In this document: in pieces, positions 38,966 through 52,263 of the stretch
Layout: every line of letters starts with the position of its first letter
Position numbering within the stretch: the stretch's first letter is position 1
Assembly: GCA_963924565.1 (NCBI GenBank)
Contig: OZ004610.1
Span: 29,574,001-29,638,000 of the forward strand
DNA: 64,000 nt
DNA from: Ascidiella aspersa
Lineage: Eukaryota
Direction: 5' to 3'
Position numbers and translations under genes: made by a program
Notes under the pieces: generated by a model
Told to the model about the DNA's origin: nothing
Databases searched by the model: none
What the model saw: only the letters and a program-made list of their open reading frames with translations

Positions 38966-41900
38966 GCGTGGCAATCTCCGATTCAGGAAAATGAAGCCAT
39001 ACTGGTTGGAGAAGAAGCATTAGTTTCCTTCTTCACATTGCTTGCATCTCTTTCTAGTTCTGACGGGTAACGACGGAGTCGCGTGTCGCAGTTAAATTTC
39101 CGCTGGAAAACAGTCGACTATCTCCTGCAAAAAGCGATTTTACGACGCCCAGTGCCTAAAATAAACTTCGTAGGATACGCTAACGACTGTGGCCTGACCT
39201 TTGCAAGCGTTGACTCGCTTGTAGATCTTCCGTGCGGCCGGACGATTTCGCGCTGTAAACAGCATTGCGAAATTTCACGTTCATCACCCCCTAAACTCAA
39301 GCCGTCATGGAAATATGCCTGGGTTGTGAAAAACCTACGATATCGTGCGCTGGAACGATTTTTACGCCATAAACGCCACACAACTTCCAAAAAGGATCCC
39401 CGACAGCCTTGCCTCGCCCCTTAGATTGAAAGTGTTCGGATTCCGCGAAGACATTTGCCCTCGAAAGCGGCGTCTCGGGTTACGGCGCCTCGGCCTGGCG
39501 TGATATATCAAATCTGTTGACCGGCCCACTGCCGGCGTATTAAGTGCGCGATTGCGTGTTGAGCTTGATCTGTGTGCCAGGGGAAGGGCTGGCCTTGCGT
39601 GCGGACTGAGGTGCCAGTCGACTGGCGATTAGGCCCCCGCCCGAAACAAAGTAACTCGACACCCTCGAACTTGCAACTGATCGGCGCGTCTTCGCCTGTG
39701 CCGCCTGTGCCGCCTGGTGGCGCACGCGCGTCTGTGTGTGTGCGTGCTTGTTACCGCGCGCGTGCGTGTGGTGTGTGTTTCGTCGGGTCAAGTCGATACA
39801 GGTTTGTTGTTGGGGTGTCCACGTGGCGAGAAAAGTTGCAAATGTACTGAACCAAATAGCTCTTTATTTGTCTAAAAAAACGGATAAACTGGTTACCTCG
39901 TAAAACTAGTTGCTTTATTTGTACAAAAAACCGGATAAACAGTTTACCTCGAATCGGTGACAACATATGAATAAAACACGCTTGCGTAGAGCCGAAGTAC
40001 GAACAAGGGTTGTAAAATTCAAAGGTGTGCTTAAGTGTGCCAATGTTCATATGAAACCCTTTTAGATTAGGTGTCCCCGGTTGCATAAATGGGGAACGTA
40101 AATGCGACTACAAATGCCATATAATATTGCTGAAAAAGTTCACCGACGCATTTCAGTTCGTTTGAAGCGTAAAAGCTTATTTAAACAAAAGATTGCTAAA
40201 CGAGTGGTGAACAAGATTATTTGCGAAACAATCTTTCAATGTTTTGAAACGGACCGAACTCGCAGCCCCCCAGAGGTCCCGACGAAATAGCTTAAATTTG
40301 TACGAGGACAATTTTAACTAAAAAAATGTGGTTTCAGCTACTTGATTGTTTTTCCACGAAGAATACAAGATGGAGATGTTTATTAATCGACGATGAAATA
40401 TATTAAAATCGTTTTGCCATCTCGCACACGCGTTTCCTCGAAGAAACTAGATTCTCTACAGGTTGTATCGCATCCGTTTTTCCAGCAACCCGCGGCGGCC
40501 GTGAAACCACCAAAACCATCGCTGCAAATACGTTCGCCAAAGCCCTGGGCCGAAATAAACCACACGGGTCGCGCGTGTATCGCTTTGCGCAGTAATAAAC
40601 ACTTTGGCGGCGAAAAATTAAGGCACCTGTTGTTGCCGATTTATGTTGGAAGACGATCCGCTCTGCAATGCGTCACAGCCTGGGCGCGACAGCTGCATAC
40701 AAGGACGCTAGTGTTTCTGCAAGCTGTTTAGGTACTGCGTTTCAAACTCAAAACAAGCTTATTTTCGATGCGATGGGAAAGCAAGCTTTTAAACGGATCC
40801 CAAATAAAATCTAATCGACTCTAATGCCTGTCCAACGATATACACGCTGATATACGCTTTCTCCCTTAATTGCCCGCCCTATAGGCAACTTTTGTTCTAC
40901 TGTGAGTAACCTATGTTAATCTCCTACACATTGTTTTATGTTATTCACCAGGCAAATATATATAACCCCTGTTAAATTTACTTAAAATTAAGAGTTGCAG
41001 TAAAAACCCACCCAGCTGAAAGTTGTTAGCATATAGATAAACAGTACATTCAAAATACTCTTTCCAATGGTTTGTTTCCCAATTGCAAACATTTGAATGT
41101 AGACCCGTATTGTAATGTAACGTATTGATAAACGCTTTCTACAGCTTTTTCAACGTCTCGAGCAGCTCATAAATAAATATCTACGACTTATTGCCCCAAG
41201 GTGTGTATAGGTCAAGGCTGAGACCCACCGCACCACTTTAAGGCCATAAATTCGCATCCCAAATCCCAAACCATTACCCACCGCCCTCGCGGCTAATGAT
41301 GAGTGATGCGGAATGCGGCAACCGAACCTGCGGGATTTTAGTCGCCCCAACGCCGCAATAATCTTATCCGCGGATCGATCTCTCGCCCGACACCGCCGGC
41401 CTATTCAGACTGCTCGCTGCCGGCCGATATGAGGTGTCGGTAACGAAACACCTGCGAGATTAAAGCGAAAGTTCTCTAGGATAACTGTTGGCACCTCGAG
41501 CCTGACAGGTGTTTCTGCAACCCGAATACCGGTTTAGAGTTCCAGACCCGAAATATGCCGACATTCTGAGTAAGCGTGCTTATAAATGGATCCACTACCT
41601 AATTCTCGCTCGGCGAGACCATCAGATGATATTGTCCTGTGGTTAAGTCGATGACTGTTCCTGAACTGGCCTTGCCGGTTGTTCTGGTGAAATTGATTTG
41701 CAGTTGAGCTAAAATCATTTACAATTTTTCATACTCAAAGCATGTGCTTTCTATGTGAACGATTTTCTCAGCTTAAGAAAAACTTCGTCTTTTCAAAAAT
41801 TTGCGACATTTGCTATCCCTGTATTTACACTAGTGGCGCTGTCGACGCATGTAAGCTAGTTTTTTGCATAGCCATGTGGAGGAAAGCTAATCCTTGTAAC

Positions 41901-44900
41901 TTGTCAGATGTTATTGCGAGGTGACTTTATCAAATTGGAATGAATTGGTCGATGTCGATAGAGTTATATGTAAATGGTGTAATTAAATCCGCTCTGTAAA
42001 ATCAAACCCTTTTTACGTCTGAACTCTTGTTTCTTTACATTTATTAAATTTGGACTAGCAACTAACAAAGCCCAAATACTGACATGACGTCAAACGATAA
42101 AACGCCGAATTCCAAGTGCATTGTCCACCAGTCGAGAAACGCCCACCACAGCTTCACACATCTTTCAGTGCCCCTCTCTTTCGGACCCCTTGACACACCG
42201 TAATCCCCCACGATTTATGACGTTTCCCTTGTCCCCTTACCCCTCTGTCAACCCAACCCGGGTCCCAATCGCGCCCATCCCATAAATGTTTACCCAGGGG
42301 GCCGCTTGAGTGACGGTTGACATTACAGTCGTGTGTGTAGTCTACAAAAGCGGCGCATCTGTGTTGTTTTAATTGGACCCAGAACTATTTTTGGTTGTCA
42401 ATTTCCCCCCCCCCGCGGTGGTCCCAACCATAATAAAAAGGAGTGCTTTCAATACACGCTTTAACTTGGCGGAAGTGGTCCAACGGTCAACCTAATTTCC
42501 TAGAAAGTAAGAAATAAACGACTCGTGGAGTTTACCGCTTTAAAAATAAACTCAAACTTTTCTGTAACTCAGCTTTCGCTGATTGTAATCGACCCGATGC
42601 TTGATATTTGCTTAAAGAATCAAACTTGGCGCCTCACATTTACATCACCCTTCAGTTTACTACTGTGGGAATTTTTACTTCCCCAAATCCATTTTTAAAA
42701 CTCGCTGTACGCTTGTACGGGTATAGTTACGACTGGAAACTGTGGAAAACCCGCACATCGGCACTTTTATTGATAAAATTATTTTGGGTGTAAAACGATA
42801 AAACAGCGGCGTCTGTCCTTTGTAGTGTGATTTTATACTTTCGTCTACAGACAAGTGACTAAGCCCCGGCTAGGCTAAATCGGGTTGCCCATGGTCGTCG
42901 CTAAAAAAATCCCATATAAAAGAGCCGGGAAAATTGGCCAAGGTCGCATTTTTTCGATCGCGTGCCTAAGTGTGTTTGCCTGTTGATATGAAAGTCATCG
43001 GGCAAGTTTACCAAGGCAGCGAACCAAGATTGACATGGTTGCCGAATTTACACGCACCACACTCCATACACCGCCCGGTTAATTATTAGTTCTCGATGAC
43101 AGGGCGCAATTTTGCCGCGTGACGAGAATCCCAAGTAACCGGCCGTAAGTTCCATAAATAGATTGCTGTTTTTTCGTGTTTTGTCCCCTACTTACGCGGG
43201 TCCACGAACCGTGTGCCTGATGCGCGGATTTCAGGAGAAGAAAAACATTCAATTTGCGGTCGAGGTGTGAGCTATTAAACGCTGTTCGCTGTCTCGGGTT
43301 TATGCACGACTGTGCAGCTATTATCCTAACGAACTTTCCAGTGAACTGTAAATTTGTTTTCGCTCGGATTTCGGCTGGTATAAAACCGTTTTTTTGAGTC
43401 GAGTTGACACGAACACTTTTAGAAGCAATTTCCAATCGTGACCTTAAAATGAAACCCTTTTTGGCACTTAGATTGATTTATCCCTGGATCGAAATTTCCC
43501 TGAGAATTTTGCGAACCACCGTTATCCAAACGTGCTATAAATTGATTTTACGGCATTCCAGCGTTGTAGTGGTTATCCCATTTTTTGTGTATCCGAGAAG
43601 AATTCGCGTTTTCGACCGATCTTCAGAAAGAGGCTTTATTGTTACGCTTTTCCTCCATTTTGTGCGAGGCGTTTATCATTCCGGAAAGTTTCGAGTGGCC
43701 CGCCTTCTATTGGAAAGTACAGGATAAAAACCAACGCAATTTCAGTTGTCTGACAGCATAATTTTTCAACAAATATCTCCCATTTTCAGCGGTCACTTCG
43801 CATCTGTTTCGACGTCCTTATATTTTTATTTTTTTTTTATTTGCTAAACCATTATAGGTGCTGAGATATTCGACGAAAAAACGAGCGCAACGCAAAAGTC
43901 ATGCCATAATTGAGCGACCAATATTGCAAGGCGCTGTTTACGCGCCTCACCGTATAAACGCACGGCACCTCCAGAAATGTATCATTGCCCGCAGGCTACG
44001 CGCGCCGCGCGTCATTACTGCACTTCGTCGCGTGCGTGCGTGCGTGCGTAAACGCAAGGCGTCGGACCCGAGATGGTTAGCGCGAAGAAATGGCCGGGTA
44101 CCGTAATAGCTGCCGTGTATGCAAGGAGAAAAACGACTTTCGGGTTCTATCTTCTTAGACAGCGGTCAACGGCGAACGAATGCTAAATGCGTTTGCGTAG
44201 GCGACAAAAAGGTTGCCTTTTTGCGAACTGACACGCATGTAATTATTCCGCGCTTTCCTCGATAACTTGTAAGCGGTGATTCGTGCATGAGAAAAGTCTA
44301 TTTCCTAATTTATTCCTAAGCAATTCTGTCGAAATCCGGCGACATTTGCGCGTTTGCAATAGGTGAGTGGTTTCAGGTTGTCAATAAGAATAGGTTGACA
44401 TATAACTAAACGTTTTGGAGTAGTTTGGTATTTCACGCCAAGTAATGATTAATCGTATAGTCATTAGAAAAATAATGAAAGTACACCACGAAACCTTTCA
44501 TAGACTAAATCCAAACAGAATAACTTGAATACCGTGACCTTGCCCCTAAACCGGTTTATCTGCGTTTCAGAGTTCACGCGGTTTCAGGGCGATAATGTAT
44601 ACTGCTAATGGATGACCTATCACCTCAAATTCGCGCTATCTTGCCTTTGCGTGTCTGTCAACGTTCGAGACTCAAAAATCTTCGACGCCCCGGCGTCGTT
44701 ATTTTCACCATCGTGGGCTTTATTGCTGGCGTGGCCTTGTGTACCTTGCGGTCCGCATTCTTAACCTTGAATGCTAATCGCGATTACTCGCAGTTGTTGT
44801 TTGGCCGGTTTCTCTCCCATTCTCACGCGAGTTTGACTTGATTTTTTCGAGGTTTTTAGCTTGCGTCAAAGACACGTCGATCAAAGGAGATTTTGTTTCG

Positions 44901-47900
44901 CTTGTGACTTGTTTTACCCTCAGTTGACATTTTAGCGCCACTTTTGTGTATATTAAGTTAATGACCAATTTACGTCCAAATCTTTTTGCCATTATAGATT
45001 TCTTACCTGCAGAGAAAATTCTTATATATATAGACATAGCTATATAAGAGATTAATCGATCAGTTTTATAAAATGGTTATTCAATTTATTCATTTTGAGG
45101 TTTATTTATTTTTTGTTAAACTTTTGGTAAAATCACCGCATTACCAATACTTTTTGTGGTATTTTTTGTTTTGCTTCCCTATATACTCAGCCAAAGTTCA
45201 TTTCCACTCATCAATCTGCGTCAACACTTTTCCACAAAGCCCCGTTTATTTATAATGTGTGATTCGGCTGTGACTAAATTGTGGATTCGGCCAGTTTGTT
45301 GACTTTAGATAAGCTCATCGAATTTGTGGCAGATCGCGCAAGATGCGTTTCTTTTGAAAATCACAGGATTCAACGAAAAAGTTCAACAGGGGCAATTGCA
45401 TTGTCACCATGAGATACCCGTCAGAAATGCATATGTCAACAGATTTCCGATTCCGATAGGCGCACGAGGTAGTGCGCGACCACAGAGCAATACAAAAATA
45501 TCCTTGTGTTTACGCATCCATTAAGAGAAGGCTGTCTTTTTATCAGGACGCCTACTTTATTTATAACGCCCAATGCCACGTTTTGCAATGGTCCCGGGCA
45601 ATTTGGGTTGACAAAATTATGAGGTGTTGGCGGTTGGAAAGTTAAAAAAAAGAAAATTGCCCCTAATACACAACAGAAATCGACCCTTCTGGCCCTGTCC
45701 TATCTTACATTCTATTGTTCTTTACCAAACCGCACAAAAAGTCCAACAAGTAACCGCTATAAATACGAAGTTCCTATGAGGGAAGTTCCATAGTTTCATA
45801 GCAGACCATACGTGTTTTTTTGAAAACATTACGTTTTTTTATTTATTACATGTTTAATGTTAATTAAAAAAAAATGTATGTGCACCATTTAAACATTGTT
45901 AACTGATTTATTGTCAGTGATAAAGTTACTAAGTGGTAGACAAATATATAACTCAGCAAGCTGGTGTTGTCCAATATTATGATTGTCAAATGATTGTATA
46001 GAAAAAACAACCCATAAACCACCGCATTATCATCATCGCTTGATTTTTATACTATTGAAAAACAGGACGTCCGTTGGCAAAGCCAAAACACAAAACACAA
46101 AACGCCGTTAAATTTTCGCGTGTCGCCATTGTTAGCGCAGGACATCGGTGAAAATCCCCACATAATACAATCCAACTTGATAGCGAGGCCCCTTATCCCC
46201 GAATCGACCCCACCTGGCCAAGTGTCGATGCCTACGTGACCAAACCGCACATATTCGTATATGGGTTGCCACGTGCACGCACGAGACTTCCCACGCGTGT
46301 TGTTGTGCTTCTGTCCTTGCGGTATTTGCCTGCCCCCTGCAAGTGGACTTTGCCACCACTCGGCCAGGTGTGTAACCAGTAGCAGCAGCATCAACTGCTT
46401 CGTGCCTGAGTCGTGTGACAATGCCGTCCATTGTGCTTAGGCCACGAGCGCGATTGCGCCTTGTTTGAGTCGAGCCGATCGGCTGGCAAAGGTAACCAGC
46501 TGCTGATCGGTATTTGAGGATTTAAAGTCGAAATATTTGAGCGATTTTGTTTGGACAACGAAATATGTCGCGAGGGAGGTGGTGGCTGCGAAGTTATTCC
46601 TATTTTTAGCATCCTGACTGTTCAATTTGAATAATAGGCTTCTTTTTAAAGTTGAATCCGCAATATTTAGTTTTCGGTCGTTTATATGGAATACAATGAT
46701 ATCCAAGATGGCAATAATTCAACTTCGGTGAGCAACTGCGGCCATAACGGTTCGTGCCTAATCTGTCGTTTCTCCAAGACTCCGAGGAAGCTTTAAAATT
46801 CTCGGAATTGGCAGGCTGTGCGACGGACGGTTGGAAGAAATGACACGGCAAAGAGCTCCCGTTCATCAATTTGAAATCAATTTTTCTCTAGCCTCCGAAA
46901 CTTCGACTGCCATTCTGACGTTTTGCCTACTTGATTAATTCCGTAATCCGCTTAGGTAGATAACAATTCTTCGTCCTGATACGGGAATAAGGAAGGGTGT
47001 TTTTCATAGCGTTATGCGGGGTTTTACCCAGGGGCGGAAAGGTTGCTAACAGAGTGTACCTCGAGTGTAGTAGCCAGTTTTCTCTATAAAATTAACAACC
47101 GTTTAATTGTTTGTTACGAACCTAATAATATTTTTTGGCAATACTTTGTTGAATGATATTTTTGGCATTGCGACAAAATAATAAGGTATACTCTAACAAG
47201 GCATGACAAACGACGTAATTCTTTTGCTTTACGTACGATACTTTAGGGCTACCATACGTCCTGCTTTAGGAGGATTTGATAGAAATAAATGGTCCTTCGA
47301 GGACACTAAAAATGACCCAAAAGCCCCTTTTTTGCAGTTCATACGTTCTCTTACATATGATTTCAGCAGAATTGTGGTCTTATGTGACTTTTCGACATGA
47401 GACTAAAGTTAAGTCAAATAATTTCGGTGAAACGTGAAAGCATGAGAATTTTTTTATAAAGATGTTTTATTAAAAAAAATTGTTATTGTTTTGTATTGCA
47501 AAACAAATTATCACATCAACATTTTCAGTGTGTGAATTTGCTAATAAATTTGCCTATAGTTTGTATGTTTTTTGCTGTATGTGCGACATATGCGTACATC
47601 AGTCTTTAAAAATAAGACTCCATTAGCACTGTAGGCTACTTTTTGTCTTCTTTGGGGGATGAAAACATGGTACAAACTTGTTATTTTGTAGTAGGCCTTC
47701 CTCAATACTTTTACCAATGTGCATACGAGCTGTGCTAACTGGTCAAAGTTTGATATGAAATGCATTTAAAATGTGCGTTAATTTAAAAACTTTTTATAAA
47801 GTAGGCGTGACTCCATGAATAAAAGAAAAATGAATATTGCCCGATTTATTTAGATTAATAAAATTGATTTTCGCAAGAGGTTTAAGTTGTGTTACCATTG

Positions 47901-48512
47901 GTCCTTGTAGTTGTGTGGCTTTTTGTAAAGGGTCTAATTTCGCAAGGCGCGAGCCTTAAAACGCATAGTAGTTTAGAAATCGTGTACAACTAAATTTTGC
48001 ACAATTAATACAAACACGATATAGGTACAAGCAATAATAGTCCTTCCATTATGTCGCGCAATAAATGACCTTTGCTGAACTTCCCGTATGGCTCCAGGAA
48101 ACATACGGAGTTGCCTGGACCATTCTCAACTTTAATTTATGACTCAAGTAACAAAAGTGAACAAGACGACAGTCTGGAAAGTTTGGCGCCTTCCGATAAA
48201 AAATATTCCGATCCGCTATGGAGTGAAACGTTAACGAATTGAGTTTGGTCGCGTTCCAGACTTGATGCTATATGATATCTTTAAAGCTCGTTTCTGGCGC
48301 AGTGAAATAGGAGAACGCCCGCACTTAATTTTGAGTCATATCGCTCTTCCCTTATTACCGATACACATTTTTACTGCGTTCTATTTCTCCCATGTCCAGT
48401 AATTGTTTCGCAGATTTTGTCGGTTTAGTGGAAACCTTGGCAGATTTTAATCATTTGAGATGATTTGTAAATGTCTGTTGCTTTGACAGCTGCGCTCCAG
48501 CTACCACTTTCA

Positions 48513-48561
48513 AGGTCACCCTGTCTGACCTTGTAGAGTTTGTAAGGTCAGCTAAAGGTCA
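48513..48561. promoter_or_regulatory. Nuclear-receptor response element cluster including a perfect DR5 (RARE-type)
   Basis: AGGTCA 48513-18, TGACCT 48526-31, and AGGTCA-gctaa-AGGTCA 48545-61: four perfect half-sites in 49 bp. Function is inferred. Confidence 0.55.
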
Positions 48562-51500
48562 ACCCCCGTGTTTCCCTATTATGTTTTTGTTGTAAAATCT
48601 TAATATGGCAATCCTAGAGTTTTAAATTGACAATTAAGCAAATAAATAAGCAATGATTAGGCCTACTTCGAACACAGGTTTACTTTTTATATGTCTAGGA
48701 GTGTTGGATTGTTAAAACGAATGTTAAATATGTTTAAATTTGTTTCAGAGGTGAAAGTTGAGCAATTTTTTCACCGAAACGATTAACAAATTCTTATCGA
48801 AAGACTTTTTTTCAGAGATGACGTCACAATGCTACGTCACAACAGAATGAATGAAACAAGTGACTTTAGAAAAATTGAGTATATTGTTCGATGTAATGCA
48901 CAAATATTAAACTATATAAACTCTTGCTACATGCAAGATTATTGCGGGGTAGCCTGATGAAAAGAGACCTGGCCAGGTGAAAAAGAACATTTTTTAGCCT
49001 TTTCGGTGTACCTGCAAAAAATATTTTACCGGAACACCGTTCCAGGTTAATTTTGCCATTGGTTTTAAGTCGATTGAACCTTTTACGAGTTTATGCTGTT
49101 CTGTTACTTGTATCCTATCGGCCTCACAAGGAAACGAACCACTGCATTTACTGTAAATGTAAGCTGTCGAAACATCAAGTAACGCTCGTCCCGGCAATGG
49201 CGGCTTATCGACGGCTTTCCTTAATAAAAATACCATCCACGATTATGCGAAAAAGGTCGGGAATTATTCGCAAACGACGAGATGGGCGCCAACCTGCACC
49301 CGCGTATACCTCCAGCTGCGCACTGAATGGCATTCCAGCTAAGGTGGCCGCCTGTGATCGGCAAACAACGTTCCTTGATCTCGCCCAAATCGATCTTGGT
49401 CCTGTCAGTGGACAACGGAACGCTCGGAAACGCCTGGGACCCATGCATCGACGAGGTTTTGACCCATTTTTGGGGTCACAAATATCAGTTGGAGATCTTG
49501 GGTCGGAAAAGTTATAAAAGTTCTCGTATGTTGAGATAAATTTCTCGTATGTTGAAGACGATGGCCGACAATGCGGATTTATATCTCTATTAGGGAATGC
49601 GGTCAAACGGAATGCAACGTTGCAGGATTGAATAAAATTCGCAGAGAAGATAAGCAAGGCCCCCTTCAAGATTCAATCTCCAAAATTCCAAACAAAACGT
49701 TCGGACGAAATTCTCTCATGAAGTCCTGTATTGTTGCATGGCTTTACATTACTTGTTTAACAATATTGCAAACAAGATTTATCAGTACTGAGGTAAATAT
49801 TTGACAAAGATTTGATCTCTTAGTATTAACACAGATTTGCTTCGTCTTAATCTTTCGATCGTCCTCCAACCCTGCCAACTTATGCAACATTGCGGTCGAT
49901 TTAGATTCCAACCTATATGGCAATCACAGGTGTCGTTCTCACGTTCGACCAATAACGCAGCTGATCGGCCGCATTCCAATGTACACATTGGATCGGCGCT
50001 AAATTTGCCTTAGTCCGGGGTTTTCTTCGTAACCGACGGGAGTTCAAATGGTGGCGTTTATTTTACGTTTATGGAGAAAGAGATTATGTAAAAACGAAAA
50101 CAAAAACAGGCGAAGACTTGAGTTGACGGCATCGTTTCATTTTTTTACAACCGCACATCAGATGGGTTTATATTTATTTGGCATAATAAGACAACGAAAT
50201 GTCATTATACACATTCTTATATATTGATATGAAAGAAGATTATTACGTTATATTTTCAGATTTGACACAAGTAGTGATAGCTTTCGGGAATTTTGACTAC
50301 ACCCGAATATTTTACTTACCAATCTCTGAACACGATTTTACTCCAGTCATAGGGACATTTTACTCCCAATAAAAATTATCTGTTTAAAGTCGTTTGTCAC
50401 AACGATTTCTCATTATCCCGTATCGGTGCATTGGTTTGAGTCCAGGTTGTGTTTGCGTCTACGTCTGACGGCCTAGGAGTTTTACTAGCTCCTGCCTTTA
50501 CTATGATAATAAAGCGTTGTTTGCCTTTTGAATCAGCTCCGGGCAATGTTTGCCGTCGGCATTTTTCGCAGCTCCTGTTGAGCCTTCGAATGGACAGCAA
50601 CCTGATGCATTGTGGCCTTGATATCTTTTAAAACAAACACTAGTAAAAATCCCGTATAAGGTATCAGGTCAGGCATTTTTCTGGCTTACCAAATATTGTA
50701 TAAGCTCTGGTGATTGCTTCATGCAAACAGGACCGGCGCATTCCGTTAATCTCCTTTAAAATTATCTTTTCATCGCTGTATTTGACTTATTTGATTTCAA
50801 CGCCTATAGTACTTGAGTCAAAATACCTGCTTCCACTTATAGTCCATTACGACAGGCACAGCTAAAATCACACGCGTGCAATACTATACGACTACTTGTT
50901 TATTTGCAGGACGAATGGTTGACATTCTATGTTTGAGTAGACTTGGTGCATCAATCTGGTAAAGTTATTATTGAAACCTTGGTGGCGAGTAGGGCTAGCA
51001 TCGTCTCTGGAATCAAGTACAACTGTATATTGTCCTTGTTTTCACATGTTTTTTTAATCATAAAAACCACGAACAACAGCAGATAACATATTCGTGTTTA
51101 TTTCAACGAGCTTCTCTCAAAAATGGAGAGCCGTGGCGTCGGTGCGCGTGAAAACAAAAGACACGGTATTCGGCCAGTTTAATTTGCCAGCTTGTAAAAG
51201 TGGCGGCGTATAACTGTTTGGCAAATGAAAAGCGCGATACAATTAAATCCTTACAATTCGCTTTAAAAACTTGGCGAAAGGTATGCGGAAAGCGATGACT
51301 CAGCATAAGCAGTCTTTGTAAATAAATTCGTGCATCAACCTTATTTCTATCCTTTGCTTGTTTTTGCAAAAGTTGTTTTTTTAAAGTAGCTTGACTGGTA
51401 TACTTCCATTGCTTAAGCCCTTTGGTGAAAAGTCGAGTGCGATTTTGGAGACATCTTATTTCCCACAGTCATGTTTTTGTTGCAATGCATAGGACTGACT

Positions 51501-52263
51501 TGACGCTTATTTGCATTTGAAAAAAACGATCTACATGCACATCTTAAAGTTAAACAAAATCGGGCGTAAAAAACAAAATATGTAAGCACCTTCTTTGCGA
51601 GATATATTTGGCGGCGTGGGTGGCAAGATCGGGTATGCAAAATGACACTGCGGCAAATGAGCATAATACTGTTTGTATTTAGGAAATGTGAGCGGAGTCG
51701 ACAAAAAATAAGCGTGAAAGTTTGATGACAAAAACAATAAAGTGTTAGGCTTAAATGACTCTTAACTGGTAAATAAATTGAGCATTTTCAACAGGTTCGA
51801 AAGTTAGAAAGATATAGAAAATCCTCATGTTTCGATGAAGGCGGGTCAGTTTAAGAAAATAATAAAAAAAAATGTATTTTTTGGGGATCTTTCGTATATG
51901 GAAGTTTCAGAAAAGTTTGGTGTCTTGATCAAATTTAGTCCCAGGAGAGACTATTTGCGACCATTTAACTGGTCATCTGTCCAGTCGTGCTTAGCACTTG
52001 TGTATGTTGCACCCATAGAAACTTATATAGGTACAGCATGAGAAAGATGCACCCATAGTAGGTACAGCATAAGAAATATATGGTGACGGCGCGAGGGTTG
52101 AAGAATGGGCAGCATGAGAAGCGGCAGCAGTATAGAGAGGCGACGGCGGAGCGCTCAGTCTTATCCAAGCAGCAGTAGCAGCGGGTAGAAGAAATCAAGC
52201 AGCGGGTCGTCAGCATTCTTAATAGGTCTAGGTCATGATCGTGGTAGTCGTCCGGTGTCCATT

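Noticed and set aside
48954-49000. CTGATGA...GAAA hammerhead candidate (also ~43600-43630 on the - strand and ~61249)
   Set aside because: Stem I/III pairing is only ~2 bp or the GAAA is missing; consistent with chance matches.
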